The notes below the pieces were generated by a model that worked only from the letters and a program-made list of their open reading frames with translations, made no database searches and was not told where the DNA came from. From Myxococcota bacterium (GTDB lineage: Bacteria > Myxococcota_C > UBA6777): 20,000 nt of DNA. This document shows, piece by piece, positions 9,145 through 16,576 of this stretch. Each line of letters opens with the position of its first letter. Position 1 is the first letter of the stretch. The stretch spans positions 47,260 to 67,259 of the forward strand of contig JAKLKB010000019.1 of the NCBI GenBank assembly GCA_023150835.1, in the 5' to 3' direction. A program made the position numbers and the translations under genes.

Positions 9145-10224
9145 TTAGGGGGTGGCTTGGCGGAGGGTGCCGTTTTCGAGGTCGCGGATGGGGGTTCCGT
9201 CGGCGGTATTGCTGAATTGGATGCCACCGCCGCGTTCAGCGGCAGTGGTTAGGCTTGGGGACATCTCAAAGCCCCATGCCTTGAGCAAGGCGATCGGGTC
9301 GATGAATTGTTGTTCGCCTTGGGCAGCGAGGCGACTCAGGCGGCCCGACATCTCGACATTTTGGACGACACCGCCGCGAACATCGAGGTGGCCCATGTAG
9401 AGGACGCGCTTTCCGCGTGCGAGAGCAGGGTTGGTGAGGATCACACGGCCTTCTTCGTCTCGGCGCGCCGCAGGGAGGGCGTGGATCGAACCATCCGAAA
9501 GGATGGCGAAGTTGTTGGCCCACTTTTGTCCTGAGCTACCGCGTGCGTAGATATCTTCGTGCATTCCTTCGTCGTAGTGTGCTGCGATATCACCTGTACC
9601 CCCCGCACGACGGTCATAATCGATGCGCGTCATGCGTTGTCCACCCGGGCCCAGTTCGCTGCGCGGTGTGATCACGTTGTATTCGCTTGGATCGTTTTTA
9701 TCGTCTTGGAGGGCTTTGGGCGTGATCTCGGTGTAGTCAAAGCGCATATTGCCGGAGGGTTTGGACATGGAGGGATAATCGCTGTAGACGCCTTTGACTT
9801 CGCCGCTGCTGCTGCGTTTGGTGTCGTTGACATCAAAGGGTTCGAGTCCACTTGCGTAGGCTTTGGAGAGGAGTTCTTTGACGGCTGCGGGGATCGGGGT
9901 TCCACCGAAACTGGTGTCGCGGATGGTCTTGGCTTCTTCGAGAGATTCGGGTCGGATCAACTCACCTGCAAGCATGGGGAAGCGGACGCCTGCTTGTTGG
10001 GCTTCGTTGAAGGCTTCGAGGGTGGTGCGGTAGCCTGAGCGGTCAAAGCTGTTGCCTTGGACGTTGATGTTTTTGGCTTGCAAGACGGCATCGCGGATCG
10101 CGTTCATCTCGCCGGCATCGACGGACTTTCCAGCCGAGGCCACAGCTTTTTGGATATCTTGGGCGTCGAGCATCCCATCGCGGGTAAGCTGGCGCAGGGT
10201 GTCTTTGACTTGGCGAACAGACAT
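9145..10224 (-). CDS. Hypothetical protein with shared N-terminal helical domain and a toxin-like C-terminal domain
   Basis: 359-aa ORF with AGGAG RBS (caggagccaaagATG) and no signal peptide. The C-terminal FAILSDGSI...NPALARGKRVLYMGHLDVRGGVVQNVEMSGRL recalls the H-x2-LAxG-x2-V-x2-AG...SGHY domain pattern. Function is inference. Confidence 0.8.
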   Translation of the reverse strand: MSVRQVKDTLRQLTRDGMLDAQDIQKAVASAGKSVDAGEMNAIRDAVLQAKNINVQGNSFDRSGYRTTLEAFNEAQQAGVRFPMLAGELIRPESLEEAKTIRDTSFGGTPIPAAVKELLSKAYASGLEPFDVNDTKRSSSGEVKGVYSDYPSMSKPSGNMRFDYTEITPKALQDDKNDPSEYNVITPRSELGPGGQRMTRIDYDRRAGGTGDIAAHYDEGMHEDIYARGSSGQKWANNFAILSDGSIHALPAARRDEEGRVILTNPALARGKRVLYMGHLDVRGGVVQNVEMSGRLSRLAAQGEQQFIDPIALLKAWGFEMSPSLTTAAERGGGIQFSNTADGTPIRDLENGTLRQATP

Positions 10225-10238
10225 CTTTGGCTCCTGTA

Positions 10239-10438
10239 GGTGTCATACGAGATCCGAGAGAAGTGTGTTTGAAGGGTAGGTGCGATCCGCTGTAGACGCC
10301 CTGTTGTTGGGCAGCCACATACGCTTGGTGGGGGGATCGGTACCGCGCCAACGAGCGATCCGCTATAGACGCCCTGTTGTTGGGCAGGGGGCTGCCCCTA
10401 CGTGTTTTAATCGCACACCTTGGTGGATTTCGTGTCAC
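10239..10438. repeat. Dispersed palindromic REP/MITE-like element, copy 2 (with internal 33-bp duplication)
   Basis: Left arm ggtgtcatacgagatccgagag, right arm ggatttcgtgtcac. Core gcgatccgctRtagacgccctgttgttgggcag occurs at 10282-10314 and 10355-10387. Confidence 0.85.
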
Positions 10439-10453
10439 TTGTTGGTTTGGTGG

Positions 10454-13117
10454 TTAGGGGCGTCCGTCGCGCAACAGCGTCAGCGCGAGATCACCTTTGC
10501 TCATCTCGGAGTTGACCCATTTGGTGGAGAAGCCTGCACGGTCGGCTTCACGGGTCACGCGATTGCCGCGTAGGTCGGCGATAAACTCTTGGGCGCGGCG
10601 GAATTCACCCCACACAAACTCGGTCATACGCTGATCTTCGAGCAGTTGTGTGTGCTTGCCACCGTCTTGGTTGAGGTTGGAAGCAGAGAAGGCCGTCTCA
10701 CCGAGGGGTTGGCTGGTGTTTGCATCAAAGGTCAGCGCGGAGCCTCGGGCTTTGGCAAAGTCGTTGAGGGCCGAGAAGAAAGCGTCTTGTTCGGACTTTG
10801 GTTTGGCCAAGGTCTCGCGCAGAAGGTTGTGGAATGTTGCGGGTGCATCGGTGTTTTTGGCGAGGCCGCGTTCGACGGCGTAATCCATAAACAGGCCGCC
10901 GCGTGCGTTTTGTACGGCTGCTTGGGCTTTTTCGATGGCTTCCACGAAAGGCTTTTCATAACCGAGTTCGATCTGCACTTCGTTGACGACGGTGGCATGG
11001 AACATCTTGTCGGGTGATACGGGCTTGGCACCCGAACGCTCTTCGGGGGTGAGGTTTTTCCACGTTTCGGGGGTGTAGTATTCGCTGACATCAAAGGTGT
11101 CGATCAAGAAGTTCCAGTTGGTGCGGTCGTTTCCAGCGTAGGCTTTGCGCATATTGTCGAAGGAGAGCGTACAGGCCGAAGTGCCAGAGGCTTCGATTTG
11201 GCGGTGGAGGATATCGAGGTGTTCGTTGACGAGGTGGGTGCGCAGACCGCGCATGGCGGCGTCTTTGTCGGTGGCGTTTTGGAGGGCGTTTTTGCCGTTG
11301 TCGTTGGCGTATTTGGAGAGATCTTGGATGAAGGCGTCTTTGTCGGGGCCTGCGAGGATCTGATCGAATTTTTGCAAGAAGGGTCCGACGGTTTGGATCT
11401 TTTTGAGTTCGGGATAACGCTCGCGCATAAAGGACAAGGTTTCTGCAGGGAAATTCATCCCACGAGATTCGGGGCCACGAGCGCCTGCGATATCGCGGCG
11501 GCTGTTGTCCATCAGGGCGGAGAATTCGTCGTAGGCGCTTTGGATCTCGTTTGCGACGACATCGCGCTTGGCGGCTTCGAGTTTGTTGGCAGTGACGGCG
11601 TTATCGGGCCAAAGTTGTTTGAGGGTGTCGAGGGTGACGCCGCTTTGAGCGAGCGAGGGATCGAGGGCGATCAGTTTGTCTTTGCAACGTTCGACAAAAG
11701 CGCTGCGATCAAGCAGGCTGGTTCCAAGTTGACGGATCTTGTCGGCCTCGGGGCCGGAGAATCCGCCTTTTTGCAAGAGGTCAAGGGTTTCGCGGATCTT
11801 GGGTTCGCCTGTGTTGCGAAAGAGGTCGACGGTCGAACTGCGCGAGGTTTCGTTGAGGTGGAAGCGGCTACGGGTTGAACGTACATGGGCTTTGTCTTCG
11901 AGCAAGAGCACATCTTTGTGCTCGCCGATATCGGGAAGTGCGCCTTTTTCGTTGAGAGCGTTGTAGACGATGCCCATCGCTTCGATGGGTTTGGGGGTTC
12001 CGCCCCATTCCCATGTGGACATCCCGCTGCGGATGGTTTCGTCAAGGCCGTTGACATCGGCTTCGGAAGGGTTGTCTTTGCGGACGTCGGCTTTGTCGGC
12101 GGCTTTCATCCCGCTTTCATCGACGTTGGAGCCGACTTTGGATTGGATCAGCACGCGCCGAACACCGCTTGGTTCGGGGGTTGGTTCATCGCGGCGGATG
12201 CGTGCGCGAACGGACATATCGTTGTTGAGCAGAGAAAAATCTTTGGTGTCGTAATAAGTGTCTTCGTTGTAGTCGGTCCCAAGGGAGACTTCGTGCTGTC
12301 CGCTGCGTTCGTCGAGTTCCATTCGGCCTGATTCGACGGTGAGCGAGATGTGAGGATTGGCTTCGCGGACGCGGTGTGCATCGCTGTCCCAACGCATCTC
12401 ATCGAGGCTCATTCCGTTGTAGCCGATGGTAAAGGCTTCGGCATCTTTGGCTTTTTGCATACGATCAAGGGCGCTTCTGCCGCTGCGGTCGGTGCGCAAA
12501 AGCTCGACAAGCTGGTCTTTGTTGAGACCATCAAGGCGGCGGACGGATTCGAACTCTTGACCATTTCGACCGACTTGTGGGCGCATCCCTGCGAAGGTGG
12601 TGGCGCTCATAAACGGCACACCTTCGAGCGGATCAGCTTGTACGGGATCACGAGACAGCAAAAGGCCGAGTACACTGGTGGAACCTTCGGTGCGTGTGGC
12701 TTTTCCGAAGGGTGTGTAACCAGAGGCATAGCGATGTTCGGTTCGATCGAGTCCAAGGGCTTTTCCGAGCTCGCTCGAAGCGCGCAGATCGACGGCGGTT
12801 CCAGCTTTGACTTTGGAGGTATCTTTGACGATATCATCGAGGGCTTGCATCAGGTCGCTGAAATAGGAGCGGATATCTTTTCCGGCGGGGAGTCCGACTT
12901 CTTGGGCGACTTGTGCGGGGTTGGAACGGTATCGATCAAAGAAAGCGTTGAGTTGATCGCTGTTTTTGATCTCTTGGGCGTGGGAGCCTTCGCCGACTTT
13001 GATGGAAACGCCCTTTTTTTCGAGTTCTTGGCCGACGGCTTTGAGCCATGCGTCGCGGTTTTGTCCGATCAGGTCTTTGCGGAACTCGTAGCCGTATTTG
13101 GTGTGGATCGTGGACAT
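10454..13117 (-). CDS. Large protein with a CYTH (triphosphate tunnel metalloenzyme)-like domain interrupted by helical insertions
   Basis: Start at ATG 13117 (MSTIHTKY) after aagaaagg. CYTH-like motifs appear in order: DTYYDTKDFSLLNNDMSVRARIR, LIQSK, RSTRSRFHL, LIDTFDVS, NEVQIELG. No signal peptide. Confidence 0.75.
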   Translation of the reverse strand: MSTIHTKYGYEFRKDLIGQNRDAWLKAVGQELEKKGVSIKVGEGSHAQEIKNSDQLNAFFDRYRSNPAQVAQEVGLPAGKDIRSYFSDLMQALDDIVKDTSKVKAGTAVDLRASSELGKALGLDRTEHRYASGYTPFGKATRTEGSTSVLGLLLSRDPVQADPLEGVPFMSATTFAGMRPQVGRNGQEFESVRRLDGLNKDQLVELLRTDRSGRSALDRMQKAKDAEAFTIGYNGMSLDEMRWDSDAHRVREANPHISLTVESGRMELDERSGQHEVSLGTDYNEDTYYDTKDFSLLNNDMSVRARIRRDEPTPEPSGVRRVLIQSKVGSNVDESGMKAADKADVRKDNPSEADVNGLDETIRSGMSTWEWGGTPKPIEAMGIVYNALNEKGALPDIGEHKDVLLLEDKAHVRSTRSRFHLNETSRSSTVDLFRNTGEPKIRETLDLLQKGGFSGPEADKIRQLGTSLLDRSAFVERCKDKLIALDPSLAQSGVTLDTLKQLWPDNAVTANKLEAAKRDVVANEIQSAYDEFSALMDNSRRDIAGARGPESRGMNFPAETLSFMRERYPELKKIQTVGPFLQKFDQILAGPDKDAFIQDLSKYANDNGKNALQNATDKDAAMRGLRTHLVNEHLDILHRQIEASGTSACTLSFDNMRKAYAGNDRTNWNFLIDTFDVSEYYTPETWKNLTPEERSGAKPVSPDKMFHATVVNEVQIELGYEKPFVEAIEKAQAAVQNARGGLFMDYAVERGLAKNTDAPATFHNLLRETLAKPKSEQDAFFSALNDFAKARGSALTFDANTSQPLGETAFSASNLNQDGGKHTQLLEDQRMTEFVWGEFRRAQEFIADLRGNRVTREADRAGFSTKWVNSEMSKGDLALTLLRDGRP

Positions 13118-13276
13118 CGTGGGCCTTTCTTTTTGAAACAAGCGCCAACGCGCCCTTCCTTCGGGGAGAATGGGGCGGTATGGTGGTGGGTCGTGTGGGC
13201 GCTTTGTTTGGAGGTGTGTCGCGTTTGGGAAACTGTCTTGCGTTATCGGATCGAATTGGAAAAAGTTTCGGCGCTC

Positions 13277-14275
13277 TTAGCGTTGGACGTCGATCTTCCA
13301 CATCCGCTGATCTCCGTCAGAGACCATCCAAAGGGTGTTTTCTCCGTCAAAGGACAGCCCTTCTGGCTTGGCGTGTTTGGGCAGATCGAGCGTTGTATGC
13401 CCGAGGTATTCGAGTTCGACCTGTTCGAGCAGCGCGCCCGGGGCTGAGCGATGGCGAGATTGGATCGCCAACTCGGCGATGGTGCGGGACTCATCGCTGA
13501 GAAGGAAGAGGTGGCCGGTTTTGGGGCAGATGGCGATATCGCTGAGATCGGCGAGGTGTTCTTTGACTTCGTTGGGCAGTTTGAGCAGGTGGGCGGTGGT
13601 CAGGTCAGGGAGTGCAAAGATACCGATCTGGCGGGGTTCTCCTTCGTGGATGGCGACAATGTGTTGTTTGCCATCGGCGGAAAAGCGCGCAGGAAGGATA
13701 TCAAGACCTTCCCATCCTTTGTTGTGGGTGTCGCCGAGGGTCGGCAGGCGACCGAGCCGTTCGGCCTCTCCGAGCTTGGGGTGGCCTTTTTTGTCGAAGG
13801 AGAGGGGGACGGCGTACACAGCCCGCGAGTCTTCGGAGAGTGTGTAGGCGGTTTTGCCATCTTCGGACAAGCAAAGCCCTTCGATACCTTGGGCGGCTTT
13901 GTGTTTGGAGCCGATCTGTTTGGTGGTTTCGCCTTGGTGGGTTTGATAGAACAGGCCCTTGTCGTCGTCTGCGATCAGCCAACCTTTTTTGGTGCGGATG
14001 ACGCCGCTGGCTTCTTTGGAGCCGAGGGCGTGTTCTTCGGTGATGCGGAGTTGGGCGTGGGTTGGGAGGGGTCGCGAAAGGCTTTTGTAAAGTTGTCGGA
14101 TGTCTGTTTCTTCGAGTGCATCGCGATGTTGGCGTACAAAGTCATCGACGAGAGCGCGTTCTTTGGGGGATACGGTGGTTCCTGCGGCTTGGCGGAGCGC
14201 GCTAATCTCTTTTTGAGACAAGTGAGGCTTGGAACCCAAGGCGAGAAGCTGTTGTTGGAGGCGTTGAACAGACAT
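13277..14275 (-). CDS. SdiA-regulated/YjiK-like (phytase/esterase-like) beta-propeller with N-terminal helical extension
   Basis: Blade motifs EASGV, IEGLCLSEDG, NKGWEGLDI, DLSDIAICPKTGHLFLLSDES and KPEGLSFD are typical of the YjiK family. Confidence 0.8.
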   Translation of the reverse strand: MSVQRLQQQLLALGSKPHLSQKEISALRQAAGTTVSPKERALVDDFVRQHRDALEETDIRQLYKSLSRPLPTHAQLRITEEHALGSKEASGVIRTKKGWLIADDDKGLFYQTHQGETTKQIGSKHKAAQGIEGLCLSEDGKTAYTLSEDSRAVYAVPLSFDKKGHPKLGEAERLGRLPTLGDTHNKGWEGLDILPARFSADGKQHIVAIHEGEPRQIGIFALPDLTTAHLLKLPNEVKEHLADLSDIAICPKTGHLFLLSDESRTIAELAIQSRHRSAPGALLEQVELEYLGHTTLDLPKHAKPEGLSFDGENTLWMVSDGDQRMWKIDVQR

Positions 14276-14342
14276 GTTGGATGCCCTTGTCGTGCAAAGT
14301 GGGGAGAGTGTTCGGTGGATTGGACGACAAGTCGATGTTTCA

Positions 14343-14373
14343 TGTCAAGGATTTTTTGTCACGCGATTGTCAC
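14343..14373. promoter_or_regulatory. Possible regulatory site: TTGTCAC direct repeat with 11-bp period beside a minus-strand TTGACA
   Basis: ttgtcac at 14356-14362 and 14367-14373. tgtcaa at 14343-14348 reads TTGACA on the minus strand, upstream of the 14275 start. No good -10 box. Confidence 0.35.
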
Positions 14374-14490
14374 ATGATTGCAGGCGAGATGTTTCACAAG
14401 CGGGGCGGGAAGAAGAGGGCGATGATCTCGATAGGAGTGACGCAGTATAATTCGCGGAAGGGTTGTTTTTGGGGTGGGTTGTCTCGGTGC

Positions 14491-15165
14491 TCAGGTGGCT
14501 TTTTGTGCGACGAGGCGGTATTCAAAGCGCAAAGCCCCGTTGAGAAGGACTTGTTTGAGTTGGCAGCCGCTGGACCATTGGATCTGGATGCGGCCTTCAA
14601 AGCGGTTGTTGAACTTGTTGCCTTGGAGTTGGCCGGTGCCGCTGATGTAGCTTTCTTCGACGCGGACACATTCGATGTTGGGGATGCCTTTGAGGCGCAT
14701 GGGTTCGCGGATACCGAGGGTGAATTGAAGGCGCGTGCCATCAATAAACCCTTCGAGTTTCACAGATTCACCGGCGGCGGAGGCTTCGACATCAAAGCGA
14801 TTGTTGGCGGTTTGGTTGAGTTGGGGCATGGTGATCGAGGCGGTGCCTGAGGTGGCTCTGAGAGGGCAGATCCTGTAATCGGTGCATAGGCAAAGTCGTT
14901 TGTTGGAAGCGGTGCATCCGTCGTTTCGGATGTCAACGGTGAGGGCGCCATCTTGGCTTTCAAAGACGCCTGTTTCTTTTTGGGGCAGTTCTGCGCCGCC
15001 AAGCAACAAACGAAGCTCGGAAAACTGGAGGTTGTAATTGCCGGGGATGGCTTTGGCGACTTCGGGATCGATGGGAGTGGGGATCGGGTTGAGGCCCACA
15101 CACCCGATGTATAGGGGAAGATAGAGAACGACAAAAAGCAAAGACACAAAGCGAAAGGTGTGCAT
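14491..15165 (-). CDS. Hypothetical exported protein, probable lipoprotein (224 aa)
   Basis: Start moved to ATG 15165 with a strong RBS (aaggaggtcttcATG). Hydrophobic N-terminus ends in YIGC. The mature part looks beta-rich with several Cys. Confidence 0.75.
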   Translation of the reverse strand: MHTFRFVSLLFVVLYLPLYIGCVGLNPIPTPIDPEVAKAIPGNYNLQFSELRLLLGGAELPQKETGVFESQDGALTVDIRNDGCTASNKRLCLCTDYRICPLRATSGTASITMPQLNQTANNRFDVEASAAGESVKLEGFIDGTRLQFTLGIREPMRLKGIPNIECVRVEESYISGTGQLQGNKFNNRFEGRIQIQWSSGCQLKQVLLNGALRFEYRLVAQKAT

Positions 15166-15250
15166 GAAGACCTCCTTGATCGGTTGGACAGCCACACAAC
15201 AACATAGGCGATCTTTTGTTGTGTGCCAAATCTTTGTGGACGCCTTCTGT

Positions 15251-15730
15251 TTGGGAAAAAGTTTCTTGTTGGATCTTGCGTGGTGGGCATTGACGCGGCG
15301 CTGGTTGAGGGAGGTCAACACCAAGATGCTTTCAGGATACCCTGTAAAGCCGCGAAATACAAAAGAGAAAGCAACTTTAGAATTCAGCCTTTCAGCCAAA
15401 ACCAAATCTGCGGTTCGCTACGAAAGCACATACAACCCAAGGGACGAGGCGTGGGCAGGAAAAGCAGGGCGGCCTTGGAATCCCGGTCTGGTGATCTATG
15501 CCCATTCGGACGGCGGATTTTCTGTTTGGGATCCAGCGCGTAATTATTGGAAAAAGAAAGGGAACGTAGACGTCCAAGAGCGCCTTCCTGCATACGTTTT
15601 TACTGCATCGGAGGTGTGGGATGGTTTGTGGGTGGATGAAGACGGCCAACGGCGCACACCGATCTGTAACGGTTTGTTGTACGATTGGGCGAGTTGGATA
15701 CGAGAAAAAGGAAAAGAAGCGGACGCGATG
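15251..15730 (+). pseudogene. Internal fragment of an ABC/AAA_21-type ATPase (PtuA-like), truncated at both ends
   Basis: Begins mid-Walker A (LGKSFLLDLAWWALTRRW, lacking the usual GDNG and N-terminus). Continues GRPWNPGLVIYAHSDGGFSVWDPARNYW...CNGLLYDW. No Walker B or signature region follows. Family recognised from memory. Confidence 0.7.
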
Positions 15731-15731
15731 C

Positions 15732-16271
15732 CAACAATGGCTGCAAGCGCACCCCGACGCGGCGAGGCCTCGCGATTATTGGTCTCCGTTTCGCTCGGCG
15801 TTGGCGGAGGGATTTCGAAATCTTTGCGCTTACGGTGCCATGTACGAACCTTCGGGCCAAGTCGATCATTTTGTGAGTTGGGACGAAGATCCGAGCCTTG
15901 CTTTTCGGTGGGAGAATTATCGCTACGCATCGGGTTGGTTGAATGCAAGCAAAAAAAACCTTCGATCTTCGGATCTGTTGGATCCTTTTATCGTGCAGGA
16001 TGGTTGGTTTGAGATATCTCTGCCTTCTCTTCAGTTGTTGGTTTCTGCCTCGATTCCTCCAACCATCAGGGCCAAAGCAGAGAATTTGTTGACACGCCTT
16101 CATTTGCGCGATGATGAGCGCGTGATTCGTCAACGTCGTGTGTGGCTTGATCTGTATGAAAAAGGAGATCTGAGTTTGTCAGGCTTGCGTGTGATGGCTC
16201 CGCTGGTTGCGGATGCGGTGGAAAAGCAGGCCAAAAATTGCGTCTCGAATAAGAGTGACGCAGTTCGATAG
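15732..16271 (+). pseudogene. HNH endonuclease (PtuB-like) lacking its native N-terminus
   Basis: LCAY...VDHFVS...LAFRWENYRYASGWLNASK...LLDPF is the HNH pattern of ATPase-linked nucleases. Upstream in-frame codons derive from another frame of the ATPase fragment. May be translated from ATG 15621. Confidence 0.75.
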
Positions 16272-16275
16272 CTTT

Positions 16276-16410
16276 TGTGGGGTGTCATACGAAATCCGCA
16301 GGGCGCGTGATCGTAAAAACGTAGGGGCGTCCCCTCGTGGCTGCCCAATAATCGGGCGTTTACGTACGACCCTTCGTGTACACATCACTCGGATATCGTA
16401 TCACCCCACA
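16276..16410. repeat. Dispersed palindromic REP/MITE-like element, copy 3 (inverted relative to copies 1 and 2)
   Basis: Inverted ends tgtggggtgtcatacgaaatccg ... cggatatcgtatcaccccaca. Contains the GTAG-type REP-like core gtaggggcgtcccctcgtggctgccc. Confidence 0.85.
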
Positions 16411-16576
16411 CCCCACAAGGGAGCGCCGCCCCCTTGACCCCGTACGGGCGAAAAGATCACTGTTTTTCACACAGGCGACTCTGTCGCTTGAGGAAGCGCG
16501 AACGCGGCTTTTTTGGCAACTGCGTAAGTCCTATCGAATTCCGCTGAGTGAACGAAGCATCATCCCGAATCGTGTT

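Noticed and set aside
10282-10387. 33-bp repeat / 40-bp spacer / 33-bp repeat resembling a mini CRISPR array
   Set aside because: The repeat is the core of a dispersed element that occurs singly elsewhere (511-544, and inverted at ~16340-16365). There are only two units, and no cas genes or leader.
14446-14451. Perfect TATAAT on the plus strand
   Set aside because: No matching -35 box, and it points antisense into the 14491..15165 gene.
15166-15405. N-terminal extension of the 304-aa minus-strand ORF
   Set aside because: It overlaps the ATPase fragment in antisense. A strong RBS and signal peptide define the start at 15165.
15158-16012. 284-aa ORF as an intact gene
   Set aside because: Chimeric: the N-terminus is intergenic sequence, the middle is the ATPase fragment and the C-terminus is out-of-frame HNH DNA.
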